64,000 bases of DNA from Macrostomum hystrix. Its lineage: Eukaryota > Animalia > Platyhelminthes. The notes under the pieces were generated by a model. It did no database searches and was not told where the DNA came from. It was given only the letters and a program-made list of their open reading frames with translations. The position numbers were made by a program, and so were the translations under genes. The stretch is from NCBI GenBank assembly GCA_950097015.1, contig CATNEN010000035.1, positions 1,302,001 through 1,366,000 of the forward strand, written 5' to 3'. Positions 13,070 to 25,672 of this stretch are shown piece by piece; the stretch's first letter is position 1; each line of letters opens with the position of its first letter.

Positions 13070-14487
13070 ATGCGCTCTCCGTCGCCGCTAGAGGAGGCGG
13101 CAGCTGGCGAGAACAGCGAGCTGTCCAGCCTCCGACATCAGGTTAGCCGACTGCGGCGCGAGAATTCCGGCCTGCTGCGCCGACTGGACGATGCCGAGAC
13201 CGGCAGGGCGGCGGTCACCGCTCGCCTTCGCCGCTGTCGACAGAGGGCGGCGCGGCTGCGGCACCGGCTGGCTCTGGCAGAGGCGCTGCGTCGGGAGGCG
13301 ACCGCTGCGGCTACGCTGGCCCGCCTCGGCGACCTGCTAGCATCGGCAGAGGCCGCTTGTCGTCGGCCGTCGAACGCCTTGTCAGCTAGTTTGCAGGCTT
13401 GGCGGGAACAGCTCCGATTGGCTGGGTGAGGACTTCCCTTCTTATTCTGTGTTATTATAGACAAGATTATGATATGTTATCTTGTTCCAATCGGCTATAC
13501 TTGGCTTCTTCTCGGGGGAGCAGTCTAAGGCGTTTGCCTCTCGCGCCAAGGTTCCTGAGCTCGAATCCGCGGCGCGGTCACATTTATTTGGGGCAATTTA
13601 CGCCCTAGGAGGGCCAACCTCCAAGGCACAGTGAGAGTATACGCTGCCTGACGATGAGAAATTCAGGGCAGATGTACACACCTGTGTGAGCGTGTGCCTG
13701 CGTACAGTATCTGCGTGTGTCAGCGAAATTTGCAGATTTGCCTCCTCGCTGACTGCGGGTCTAGTGTCACCTAATGATGTGCCATTCTCTGCAATTAGCT
13801 CGTATTATTTTTATTATTAGTTTTCTTCGTGCCGAAGCTGATAGCAGTCTCGCCGCGTTCAATCACTCGCCTTCGTCTCCGCCGCCGACGCCGCCTTCGC
13901 CGGAGTCGCCGCCTTCTTTGCCGCCGCAGCCAGACTTCGACTTGCTTCGCCGATTATCAGCCGAATCGCCGTCGCCGTCGCCTTCTCCACAGCGGCCGTC
14001 GTCCTCTCATTCAACATTGTCGCCACGGGCTGCTGGCGCCGTCGCCTTCAACCCCTTTGTCGAGCCGCTCGCTTGTCGAGTCTGGCATCGTGTAGTTGAA
14101 GTCCTGCCAGACGTATCGCTGGCCTCGGTTGAGTCGGCTCTGTCCAGCCTGTCCGCCATCGACCGGGTGCGCGCGTCCGAGGCCGACCTGGCGGCCAGCG
14201 TCATCGCCAAGCTGCTCCTCGAAGTCGACGCTGACGTTGCATCGTCTTCTTTGCCGCCGCCGCCGCCGCCACCGCCTGGTTTGGCGTTCGACGCGCCATT
14301 GTGTGCCGTCTGCCAGGAGGCACTGGTGTTGACTCCGGCCGATGATGGCAGGTTTCGACTGCGCCAACTGACCTGCGGTCATCGATTTCACGACGCTTGC
14401 GTGCGCAGATGGCTGGCCGAGTGCTCTGCTTGCCCTACCTGCAGGCGGCACTATCTGATGCCCGAGGATTTCCCGCCGCTGACTTGA
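13070..14487 (+). CDS. Coiled-coil plus C-terminal RING-H2 protein (probable E3 ubiquitin ligase), exons 13070-13425 and 13821-14487, 340 aa
   Basis: Phase-2 GT-AG intron joins two ORFs. N-terminus has heptad-like LRHQVSRLRRENSGLLRRL; C-terminus has CAVC...CGHRFHDAC...CPTC (C3H2C3). Layout loosely recalls the DZIP3/TTC3/RNF214 group, but this is unconfirmed. Confidence 0.8.
13514..13779 (+). mobile_element. tRNA-derived SINE-like element, copy 1 (RING gene intron)
   Basis: A-box-like gagcagtctaagg, B-box-like gagctcgaatcc, and body gcaatttacgccct..gagggccaacctccaaggc shared with two other copies. Confidence 0.65.
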
Positions 14488-14509
14488 CAACCTGCCAACA
14501 CTTACAGAT

Positions 14510-15070
14510 TGGGATTTATTGCTCTACCGTCAGTAGTATGTGCTAGAATGCATTGTGTTTGCTCTACTGTCAGTAGTATGCGCTAGAATGTATTGTTTTT
14601 GCTCTTCTGTCAGTAGTATGTGCTAGAATGTATTGTGTTTGCTCTACTGTCAGTAGTATGCGCTAGAATGTATTGTTTTTGCTCTACTGTCAGTAGTATG
14701 CGCTAGAATGTATTGTTTTTGCTCTACTGTCAGTAGTATGTGCTAGAATGCATTGTGTTTGCTCTACTGTCAGTAGTATGTGCTAGAATGTATTGTGTTT
14801 GCTCTACTGTCAGTAGTATGCGCTAGAATGTATTGTGTTTGCTCTACTGTCAGTAGTATGCGCTAGAATGCATTGTGTTTGCTCTACTGTCAGTAGTATG
14901 CGCTAGAATGTATTGTGTTTGCTCTACTGTCAGTAGTATGTGCTAGAATGTATTGTGTTTGCTCTACTGTCAGTAGTATGCGCTAGAATGCATTGTGTTT
15001 GCTCTACTGTCAGTAGTATGCGCTAGAAGGTATTGGGTTTCCTCTACTATGAGTAGTATGTACAGAAGGT
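14510..15070. repeat. 40-bp minisatellite GCTCTACTGTCAGTAGTATGCGCTAGAATGTATTGTGTTT
   Basis: Direct periodicity immediately 3' of the RING gene stop. Confidence 0.95.
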
Positions 15071-15619
15071 ATTGATTTTCTTTACTATTAGTAGTATTGA
15101 GTTTTTCTTGTATAAGAAGTGTGCTCAAGGAGATATTGGGTTTGTTATTCTATCATTTGTATAATTTAGAAGGTGTTGTAGTGCGAAATGTTTCTGTCGC
15201 TGTACAATTAATTAGATGTACTCTGATTTGATGTTAACTACTTTAAGTAGTAAAATTGTTCATAAACCTTCAATGGCAAATATTTGTTCAGGCAGTCAAC
15301 TTGAAAATCCTGTAAATTTGCAATTAGTGTGATTATTAATTTGTTATGTAAGTGCCTTATTGTGTGCATTTACGCTAAATAGATTTTTACAGTGATTTTA
15401 CGTTGCTATAACTACGTGTTATTATATTCTGTTCATCGCAACCTTCAATTTTGACGACATCGCGTTTCTTGTCAATTTCATCACTGCACTTTACCGTAAG
15501 CGAATTGTGCATCTTTGTCAGGACAATACTTTTTAAATTTAATGTTATTTTAATTAAATTGTTTTTAAATTGTTTTAACTTCTTTTAACGACCGATTTTG
15601 CTGTAAGACTACACTACTA

Positions 15620-16725
15620 CATATATCTACCCTGGAACCAAATCTGCATCCACTGTGTCTACCCTGCAATCCTATCTGCCTCTACTGTGTCTACCCTGCA
15701 ATCCTATCTGCCCCACCTGTGTCTACCCTGCAATCCCATCTGCCTCTACTGTGTCTACCCTGCAATCCCATCTGCATCCACTGTGTCTACCCTGCAATCC
15801 AATCTGCATCCACTGAGTCTACCCTGCAATCCAATCTGCCTCTACTGTGTCTACCTTGCAATCCTATCTGCCTCAACTGTGTCTACCCTGCAATCCCATC
15901 TGCATCCACTGAGTCTACCCTGAAATCCCATCTGCATCCACTGAGTCTACCCTGCAATCCCATCTGCCTCACCTGTGTCTACCCTGCAATCCCATCTGCA
16001 TCAACTGTGTCTATACTGCAATCCAATCTGCATCCACTGTGTCTACCCTGCAATCCCATCTGCATCCACTGTGTCTACCCTGAAATCCCATCTGCATTCA
16101 CTGAGTCTACCCTGCAATCCAATCTGCATCCACTGTGTCTACCCTGCAATCCCATCTGCATCCACTGTGTCTACCCTGAAATCCCATCTGCATCCACTGA
16201 GTCTACCCTGCAATCCAATCTGCATCCACTGTGTCTACCCTGCAATCCTATCTGCCTCTACTGTGTCTACCCTGCAATCCCATCTGCCTCAACTGTGTCT
16301 ACCCTGCAATCCCATCTGCCTCACCTGTGTCTACCCTGCAATCCCATCTGCATCAACTGTGTCTATACTGCAATCCAATCTGCATCCACTGTGTCTACCC
16401 TGCAATCCCATCTGCATCCACTGTGTCTACCCTGAAATCCCATCTGCATTCACTGAGTCTACCCTGCAATCCAATCTGCATCCACTGTGTCTACCCTGCA
16501 ATCCCATCTGCATCCACTGTGTCTACCCTGAAATCCCATCTGCATCCACTGAGTCTACCCTGCAATCCAATCTGCATCCACTGTGTCTACCCTGCAATCC
16601 AATCTGCATCCACTGTGTCTACCCTGCAATCCAATCTGCATCCACTGTGTCTACCCTGCAATCCAATCTGCATCCACTGTGTCTACCCTGCAATCCAATC
16701 TGCATCCACTGTGTCTACCCTGCAA
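15620..16725. repeat. 32-bp minisatellite CCACTGTGTCTACCCTGCAATCCAATCTGCAT
   Basis: Direct periodicity upstream of FUCA. Confidence 0.95.
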
Positions 16726-16766
16726 AATATAAACCCGATTTTCAGAGTCTAAAAGTCATCGCACAG

Positions 16767-16809
16767 ATGAATTGTTTTTCTCTTCCGTCGCAGTCTCGGG
16801 TGCCGCCAC

Positions 16810-16842
<33 letters not shown>

Positions 16843-19800
16843 CCAACTGCTCGCAAGGCCGCTACGAACCCACCTGGCAGTCGCTGGACAGTCGACCCCT
16901 GCCTGCCTGGTACGATCAGGCCAAGATTGGCATCTTTATTCATTGGGGCGTGTTCTCAGTGCCAGGCTTTGGCAACGAATGGTTCTGGTGGCGTTGGCGC
17001 GGCGTGCCACCGTTTGTGCAGCCTGAGCAGCCGTTTGTGGACTTTATGAATGCCAACTATCCGCCTGGGTTTACCTATGCGGACTTTGCCAGAGAGTTCA
17101 AGGTAAACTAGGATGTGGACTGTTTCTTTAGTTAGCTGTGTGAATCACCCTCCATTCATGAAAATCGATCTGCGCTACTTGAGAATCAATTGCCACTTTA
17201 ACTAATGAGAATCGCCGACCACCCCATAAGATTCGCCCTCCACCACATGAGAATCGCCCTCCTCCCTATGAGAATCGCCTCCACCACATGAGAATCGCCC
17301 TCCTCCCTATGAGAATCGCCTCCACCACATGAGAATCGCCCTCCTCCCTATGAGAATCGCCTCCACCACATGAGAATCGCCCTCCTCCCTATGAGAATCG
17401 CTTCCACCACATGAGAATCGCCCTCCTCCCTATGAGAATCGCCTCCACCACATGAGAATCGCCCTCCACCCTATGAGAATCGCCTCCACCACATGAGAAT
17501 CGCCCTCCACCCTATGAGAATCGCCTCCACCACATGAGAATCGCCCTCCACCCTATGAGAATCGCCCTCTAAACTATTAAAACCGCCCTCCTCCCTATGA
17601 GAATCGCCATATTAACCCATCAGAATCGCCCTCAAACCCATGAGAATCGCCCTCAAACCCATGAGAATCGCCCTCTAACCCTTGAGAATCGCCCTCCTCC
17701 CCATGAGAATCGCCCTCCTCCCTATTAAAATCGCCCTTTAACCCATGAGAATCGCCCTCTAACCCATGAGAATCGCTCTCTAACCCATGAGAATCGCTCT
17801 CTAACCCATGAGAATCGCCCTCCTCCCCATGAGAATCGCCCTCCTCCCTATTAAAATCGCCCTTTAACCCATAAGAATCGCCCTCTAACCCATGAGAATC
17901 GCCCTCTAACCCATGAGAATCGCCCTCCTCCGCATGAGAATCGCCCTCCTCCCCATGAGAATCGCCCTCCTGAAAGCCTACTTTCTATTAATTGCTGCAG
18001 GCGGAGCTGTTTGACCCGGATGCGTGGGCGGACATCCTCGCCAAGTCCGGCGCCAAATACGTAGTCCTGACAGCCAAGCACCACGAAGGCTACTGCCTGT
18101 GGAACACCAGCCATTCTTTCAATTGGAACTCCGGCCAGGTTGGGCCGAATCGAAATCTGGTAGCTGAGCTGGCCGACGCTGTGCGCAGGCGTGGAGGGCC
18201 CCGCTTCGGCTTATATCACTCGCTGTACGAATGGTACAATCCGCTCTACCTAAAAGACACGAAGAATAACTTTGCCACGCAAGACTTTGTCCGCTACAAA
18301 ACCATGGCCGAACTGTACGAATTGGTGTTGCAGTACCGGCCCGAGGTCATCTGGAGCGACGGCGACGCCGGTAAGACGCGTTGGCGGGGTCAACTGACCT
18401 CCCATACTTGATCTTGACCTCATTGACCTCCTCACCTCTCCTAACCATCCTTTCCAAAATGTAACTTTAAAAAATTCCTTTTTAGAGGACACTTTTGACC
18501 GGACCTTTTGGGAGGGTCAGGTCACCCAAATTCGAAACTCTCACTGACCCCATGGAGAGGTCAGTTGACCCCCTCACCAAGAACTTATACTTTATCTCCT
18601 GAAGAGGTCACTTGACCCCCTTACTCAAAACCCTCACTTTCATCATGAAGTGTCAGTTGACCCCCTCACTTGAAACCGTAACTTAATTTTAAACAGTCAG
18701 TTGACCCCCTCAATCGGAACGGTCGCTTACCTCATGGAGAGGTCAGTTGACCCCCTCACTCAGAACCCTCACTTATCTCATGTAGTGGTCAGCTGAAGCC
18801 ACTCACTCAGAACTGTCACTTACCTCACGGGGAGGTCAGTTGACCCCCTCACTTAAAAATGTAACTTAATTTTAAAGAGTCAGTTGACCCCCTCAATCGG
18901 AACGGTCGCTTACTTCATGGAGTGGTCAGTTGACTTCCTCACTCAGAGCCCTCACTTATCTCATAGAGTGGTCAGTTGACCCCCTCACTCAGAACCCTCA
19001 CCTATCTCATAGAGTGGTCAGTTGACCCCCTCACTTAAAAATGTTACTCAATTTTAAAGAGTCAGTTGACCCCCTCAATCGGAACGGTCGCTTACTTCAT
19101 GGAGAGGTCAGTTGACCCCCTCACTCAAAACCCTCACGTATCTCATGGAGAGGTCAGTTGACCCCCTCACTCAAAACCCTCACGTATCTCATGGAGAGGT
19201 CAGTTGACCCCCTCACCAAGAACTTATACTCTTGAGTGAATGAGGTCAGCTGATGCCCTTCACTCAGATCTGTCACTTACCTGATGGGGAGGTCATTTGA
19301 CCCCTTTCACTTGAAACTGTAACTTAATTTTAAAGAGTCATTTGACCCCCTTAATCGGAACTGTCACCTCATGGGGAGGTCAGTTGACCCCCCTCACTTG
19401 AAACTTTAACTTAATTTTAAAGAGTCAGTTGACCCCCTCACTCAGAACTGTCACTTACCTCATGTGGAGGTCAGCTGATCCCTTCTCTCAACCAGGTGAC
19501 CCCCAATACTAATCCTGTCGCACGCATCTCTCGCAATGAACAGGCGGGCCGGACTACTGGAATTCCACCCAGTTTCTGGCCTGGCTGTACAACGACAGTC
19601 CCGTTCGTGACTCCGTTGTCACCAACGATCGCTGGGGCTTCGGCACGGCCTGCCTGCACGGCGGCTATTTCACCTGTCAGGACGGCTACAATCCCGGCAA
19701 GCTGGTGCCCTATAAGTTTGAGAACGCCATGTCTCTCATTAAGGGCAGCTGGGGCTATGTCAGATATTCTACACTAGCCGACATCTACAGCCTGGACGAA

Positions 19801-21098
19801 ATGCTTCAGACGGTAATTAGCACCATCAGCTACGGTGGCAATGTGCTTATGAACATTGGCCCTACATCTGATGGCATCATTCCCGCTGTCCTCGAAGAGC
19901 GACTATTGCAACTCGGTGGCTGGCTTGCCATCAACGGCGAGGCCGTGTACAACAGTACGCCTTGGCTGCCGGCTCAGAAGGATACCAATTCATCTCAGGC
20001 GGTAAGTTCTAGATAATCTTACCTATTTGGAAATCTCTCTAAATTGCATATTCTTCCCGAAAAGTTATTATCCTCATGCGGAATGTTCTTCTCGGAACTG
20101 TCTCTTACCTTATGGAGAGGTCAGTTGACCCCCTCACTCAAAACCCTCGTCTCATAGAGTAGCCAGCTGACCCCCCCTGACTCGGAACTGTCTCTTACCT
20201 CATAGGGAGGTCAGTTGACCCCCTCACTCAAAACCCTCGTCTCATAGAGTAGCCAGTTGACCCCCCTTGACTCGGAACTGTCTCTTACCTCATGGGGAGG
20301 TCAGTTGACCCCCTCAAGTGAAATAGTCACTTACCTTATGGAGGGGTCAGTTGACCCTTCACTCAAAACCCTCGTCTCATAGAGTAGCCAGTTGACCCCC
20401 TGATTTAGAACTGTCTCTTACCTCATGGGGAGGTCAGTTGACCCCCCTCAAGTGAAATAGTCACTTACCTTATGGAGGGGTCAGTTGACCCTTCACTCAA
20501 AACCCTCGTCTCATAGAGTAGCCAGTTGACCCCCTGATTTGGAACTGTCTCTTACCTCATGGGGAGGTCAGTTGACCCCCCTCAAGCAAAATAGTCACTT
20601 AAATCATGGAGGGGTCATTTGACCCCCTCAATCGAAACTCTCACTAACCTCATGGTAAGGAGGTCAGTTGACCCCCTCACTCGAAAGGTGTGTCCCTCCC
20701 ACACCAGGCACACTCGCACAGGGGTGTGTACATCTACGAGTATATCTGCCCTGGCTTTCTCATCGTCAGGCAGTGAATTGCATAATCGCCTGAAATTAAT
20801 TCCTCAACCGCAGGTGTACTACACCAGCCGGCCGGACCTGCGCTCAGTGTACGCCTTCCTACTGTCCGGCCCGCCTCCGCCCGGCTCCGAGCCCGTCCGA
20901 TTGGCCTCGCCAAACTTTTCCGCCGCAGGAGCAGCCGCCCAACTGTTGGGCTGCCCAGCCGGAGCTGGCCAAGTTCGACTGGCGTACAAACCCGGCGTGC
21001 CCGGAGTCAGCCTCAGCCTGCCAGCTCTGGCCGGCTGCCCGGAACTGGCCGCAGGTCCTGGCGGGGCCTGGGTTGTCCGGCTGACTGGCCTGCTCTAG
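16767..21098 (+). CDS. FUCA: Alpha-L-fucosidase (GH29), exons 16767(or 16794)-17102, 18001-18370, 19544-20001, 20814-21098, ~474-482 aa
   Basis: Poly-Leu signal peptide followed by [46 protein letters not shown] (catalytic nucleophile), VTNDRWG and GNVLMNIGP. All four exons join in phase. Confidence 0.95.
17205..17975. repeat. 20-21-bp minisatellite ATGAGAATCGCCCTCCTCCCC
   Basis: Direct periodicity, partly as alternating dimers, FUCA intron 1. Confidence 0.9.
18500..19490. repeat. Degenerate ~42-46-bp minisatellite with core GAGGTCAGTTGACCCCCTCA (FUCA intron 2)
   Basis: Recurrent core motif. Confidence 0.85.
20040..20680. repeat. Same GAGGTCAGTTGACCCC-core minisatellite (FUCA intron 3)
   Basis: Recurrent core motif shared with the intron 2 array. 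Confidence 0.85.
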
Positions 21099-21112
21099 TA
21101 TGGGCCGGATCG

Positions 21113-21742
21113 CGGTGACTGATGGACTGAGTGACTGATGGATTGAGTGACTGATGGACTGAGTGACTGATGGACTGAGTGACTGATGGACTGAGTGACT
21201 GATGGATTGAGTGACTGATGGATTGAGTGACTGATGGACTGAGTGACTGATGGACTGAGTGACTGATGGACTGAGTGACTGATGGATTGAGTGACTGATG
21301 GATTGAGTGACTGATGGATTGAGTGACTGGTGGACTGAGTGACTGATGGATTGAGTGACTGATGGACTGAGTGACTGATGGACTGATTGACTGGTGGACT
21401 GAGTGACTGATGGACTGAGTGACTGATGGACTGAGTGACTGATGGATTAAGTGACTGATGGACTGAGTGACTGATGGACTGAGTGACTGATGGATTAAGT
21501 GACTGATGGACTGAGTGACTGATGGACTGAGTGACTGATGGATTAAGTGACTGATGGACTGAGTGACTGATGGATTAAGTGACTGATGGACTGAGTGACT
21601 GATGGACTGAGTGACTGATGGACTGAGTGACTGATGGACTGAGTGACTGGTGGACTGAGTGACTGGTGGATTGAGTGACTGATGGACTGAGTGACTGATG
21701 GACTGAGTGACTGATGGACTGAGTGACTGATGGACTGAGTGA
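21113..21742. repeat. 16-bp minisatellite GACTGATGGACTGAGT
   Basis: Direct periodicity starting ~15 nt after the FUCA stop. Confidence 0.95.
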
Positions 21743-22197
21743 ATGCTGTAGTGATTAAAGCTTTAAGAGTTTGTGTAATCAAGACACTGAAGTTTTTCTG
21801 TGTAAATCAGTAAATGCAAACATAATTGCAGAGCCTAAGTTATTGTGTCAGATTTTTTGCATTGATTTATGATTTTTTTTTATTGCTTTCATCTGATTAT
21901 GATGAAAGGGCATCACTATCAGTGCTGATCGACTATGAGTTCTACAGATAGTTTTTTAATAGTAGTTGAATTTTTTGGAACGAACAATATCTTATAAAAC
22001 TTTTGTTCTTTGAAAATTATCCGAAATTTTTCTGGCCTACTCTGTTATGTCATTCAGAATTATTCCGTTTTCAAATATTTTACTACACGCAAACCTCGCC
22101 TTTTGAGTTTTCCATTTAAAAAATTTGATTTGCATTGTCTACTTCTTGAACTAACAGAAATCTGATAGCTAGCTACAAGCACACCAAGAGACAGGAG

Positions 22198-23464
22198 GCC
22201 TAGCTGGAATCGTAGCAAGAGTTCCAACTGGAATCGCAGCTAGCTGGAATCGTAGCAAGAGTTCCAACTGGAATCGCAGCTAGCTGGAATCGTAGCAAGA
22301 GTTCCAACTGGAATCGCAGCTAGCTGGAATCGTAGCAAGAGTTCCAATTGGAATCGTAGCTAGCTAGAATCGTAGCTAGAGTTCCAACTGGAATCGCAGC
22401 TAGCTAGAATCGTAGCTAGAGTTCCAATTGGAATCGCAGCTAGCTGGAATCGTAGCAAGAGTTCCAACTGGAATCGCAGCTAGCTGGAATCGTAGCAAGA
22501 GCTCCAAGTGGAATCGCAGCTAGCTGGAATCGTAGCAAGAGTTTTAAGTTGAATCGCAGCTAGCTGGAATCGTAGCTAGAGTTCCAATTGGAATCGCAGC
22601 TAGTTGGAATCGTAGCAAGAGTTCCAAGGGGAATAGCAGCTAGCTGGAATCGTAGCAAGAGTACTAACTGGAATCGCAGCTAGCTGGAATCGTAGCAAGA
22701 GTACTAACTGGAATCGCAGCTAGCTGGAATCGTAGCAAGAGTTCCAAGGGGAATCGCAGCTATCTAGAATCGTAGCTAGAGTTCCAATTGGAATCGCAGC
22801 TAGCTGGAATCGTAGCAAGAGTTCCAACTGGAATCGCAGCTAGCTGGAATCGTAGCAAGAGTACTAACTGGAATCGCAGCTAGCTGGAATCGTAGCAAGA
22901 GTTCCAAGGGGAATCGCAGCTATCTAGAATCGTAGCTAGAGTTCCAATTGGAATCGCAGCTAGCTGGAATCGTAGCAAGAGTTCCAACTGGAATCGCAGC
23001 TAGCTGGAATCGTAGCAAGAGTTCCAATTGGAATCGCAGCTAGCTGGAATCGTAGCAAGAGTTCCAATTGGAATCGCAGCTAGCTGGAATCGTAGCAAGA
23101 GTTCCAATTGGAATCGTAGCTAGCTAGAATCGTAGCTAGAGTTCCAAGGGGAATCGCAGCTAGCTGGAATCATAGCTAGAGTTCCAACTGGAATCGCAGC
23201 TAGCTGGAATCGTAGCAAGAGTACTAACTGGAATCGCAGCTAGCTGGAATCGTAGCAAGAGTTCCAAGGGGAATCGCAGCTATCTAGAATCGTAGCTAGA
23301 GTTCCAATTGGAATCGCAGCTAGCTGGAATCGTAGCAAGAGTTCCAATTGGAATCGCAGCTAGCTGGAATCGTAGCAAGAGTTCCAATTGGAATCGTAGC
23401 TAGCTAGAATCGTAGCTAGAGTTCCAAGGGGAATCGCAGCTAGCTGGAATCATAGCTAGAGTCA
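22198..23464. repeat. 40-bp minisatellite AGCTAGCTGGAATCGTAGCAAGAGTTCCAACTGGAATCGC
   Basis: Direct periodicity. Confidence 0.95.
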
Positions 23465-24138
23465 TAGTTTTTGTGGCTGTAAATTTGCGAAGTTATTTTA
23501 TCTATTTCTTTCGTTCTTGTTACTTTGTTGCATTCCATCAAGTAGCATAAATGCATAAATGTTGCCACGGTCTGTCTCAACTGGTTTCTACTAATGGATT
23601 GGCAATTAAATTCTCAAAATTTGTCCACATATTTTATATTTATCCAAGAACCGTAAACAGAAGGCAAAAAATAAATCGTTTAAATGCTAAAGACAATAAT
23701 TTTTTGCAATTAATTTTACCAATATTTCTCTATTTCACTTCCTCATTTCAGATAAGCAAACCTAGTATTCTGTTTAAGGAAAGTGTATTATGTAAATGTA
23801 TACCTTTGTTACATCTTTTTCGATACATATCGGCTAGTTATTGACCCATCAGGTATGAAGCAATGGTGGATCGGTAACGCGTGTCGTATTTTTTGCTTAA
23901 GGTCCCGAGTTCGTCTCCACAGCCAGTTCACATATTTTAGAAGAACAACCGCTTGAGTAGTGTTTGGAAATCTGAAACTAAGGATTTGCTTCTGAAAGGA
24001 AATCAATAAAGCTTAATCCTAAGCCATTCTCCTCAAATTTAAAGAAATTCCTGAGTTACTCAAATCTGTACCTTGGTAATAACTTTTTCTATACATATCG
24101 GCTAATTGCTGTATTATCGCCCCTAATAATCTTGCAGC

Positions 24139-24849
24139 ATGATTGTCAATCCTCTATTCGACTATCAGTTCCGAGTAATAGTCATCGGCGACAGCATGGT
24201 CGGCAAGTCGTCGCTTGTTCGCCACTTTGTCGAATCCGACGCCGACTCGCCGCCGCCTTCTAGGCTGGCCTGCGAGCCAACAGTCGGCGTCGACTTCTTT
24301 GCCCGGACAGTTCAACTGCCGAATGGTCGCCGTGTGAAACTCACGCTCTGGGACACCGCCGGACAGGAGAAATTCCGCTCCATCACCAGGTCATATTACC
24401 GCAACGCCGTAGCCGCCCTAATCGTTTTCGACGTCGGCTGTCGGGCCAGTTTCGACGCCGTCCCAGCCTGGCACGCCGAAGCCAGGCGCTGCATGTCCAG
24501 CGAGCACGCCTGCTGCCTGCTGGTTGGCCAGAAAGCCGACCTGCCGCCCGGCCTGCGCTGCGTCGGAGCCGACGAGGCCGCCTACATGGCCGCCCAGCTA
24601 GGAGTGCCCTATCTGGAGACCTCCGCTATTAGCGGCCGAAATGTCGACGCCGCATTCTCTCACCTGGCCCAGCTGGTCTATAGCCAGTTCGCTGCAGGCA
24701 GTTACGATGGCAATCTGGGCAAAGCCGGTGGACCCGGCAACGATTGGGACGGAATTCGAGTCGGATATGCGCCCTACGGCACTTTTGCCGAATCCTCTTT
24801 TCGAATCGGAAGCGACTCCGCGAAGGGCGACGGCGGCGGCTGTTGCTAA
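24139..24849 (+). CDS. RAB39: Ras-related protein Rab-39, single coding exon, 236 aa
   Basis: FDYQFRVIVIGDSMVGKSS, EPTVGVDFFAR, WDTAGQEKFRSITRSYYRN, ETSA and C-terminal GCC*. The YQFR and VDFFAR signatures match Rab39. Confidence 0.9.
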   Translation: MIVNPLFDYQFRVIVIGDSMVGKSSLVRHFVESDADSPPPSRLACEPTVGVDFFARTVQLPNGRRVKLTLWDTAGQEKFRSITRSYYRNAVAALIVFDVGCRASFDAVPAWHAEARRCMSSEHACCLLVGQKADLPPGLRCVGADEAAYMAAQLGVPYLETSAISGRNVDAAFSHLAQLVYSQFAAGSYDGNLGKAGGPGNDWDGIRVGYAPYGTFAESSFRIGSDSAKGDGGGCC

Positions 24850-25275
24850 GGGCTACAGGGCGACATTAATGATGGTTGTTAAGGGCGTAAGGGCGACACT
24901 GGTGATGCTTGCCAAGGGCTAAGGGCGAAAGGGCAACATTGGTGATGGTTGCTAGGGGCGAAAGGGCAACATTGGTGATAGTTGCTAGGGGCGAAAGGGC
25001 AACATTGGTGATGTTTGCTAAGGTCGACAGGGCGACATTGGTGATGGTTGCTAAGGGCGACTTTGGTGATGGTTGCTAAGGGCGACAGTGCGACATTGGT
25101 GATGGGTGCTAAGGGCGACTTTGGTGATGGTTGCTAAGGGCGACTTTGGTGTTGGTTGCTAACGGCGAAAGGGCGACGTAAGTGATGCTTGTTAAGAGAT
25201 AAGGGTGAAAAGGCGACGATAGCGATAGTTGCTAAGGGCAAAAGCACGACATTGCTTTTGGTTGCTAAGGGCGAT
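24842..25275. repeat. Degenerate ~25-33-bp repeat (GTTGCTAAGGGCGACATTGGTGATG-like)
   Basis: Recurrent gttgctaagggcg; the first unit overlaps the Rab39 stop. Confidence 0.8.
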
Positions 25276-25504
25276 AGAGACGAATTATGCATAATTCTGA
25301 ACAATCCATTGTATATTTGATAATTAGCACCTGAAGTCAGCGGGTATATCGTACCGAATCCATTGGGTCTGTATTAAGTATTATACTCGTATATCTCGTA
25401 TTTTTTGGTTAATTAAACCTTATCATAATCTATGACCATACTACCTCCATTTTATGACTAGCTTAGAGTGAATTCGATTTGGTTAGTCTGTCTGTCTGGT
25501 ATTG

Positions 25505-25672
25505 CTGTCTATCTGTTCCGGGTGTCTATCTGTTCCGGGTGTCTGTCTGTTCCGGGTGTCTGTCTGTTCCGGGTGTCTGTCTGTTCCGGGTGTCTGTCTG
25601 TTCCGGGTGTCTGTCTGTTCCGGGTGTCTGTCTGTTCCGGGTGTCTGTCTGTTCCGGGTGTCTGTCTGTCTG
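25505..25672. repeat. 17-bp minisatellite TGTTCCGGGTGTCTGTC
   Basis: Direct periodicity. Confidence 0.9.

Noticed and set aside
15687-16752. Cys-rich [11 protein letters not shown] ORFs, including the N-extension of the 15975 ORF
   Set aside because: 32-bp array translation. The fucosidase homology and signal peptide start at ~16767-16794.
24139-24849. Rab39 as a processed pseudogene because it is intronless
   Set aside because: ORF, G boxes and CC motif are intact, there is no poly(A) remnant, and a YAG acceptor sits 1 nt before the ATG.
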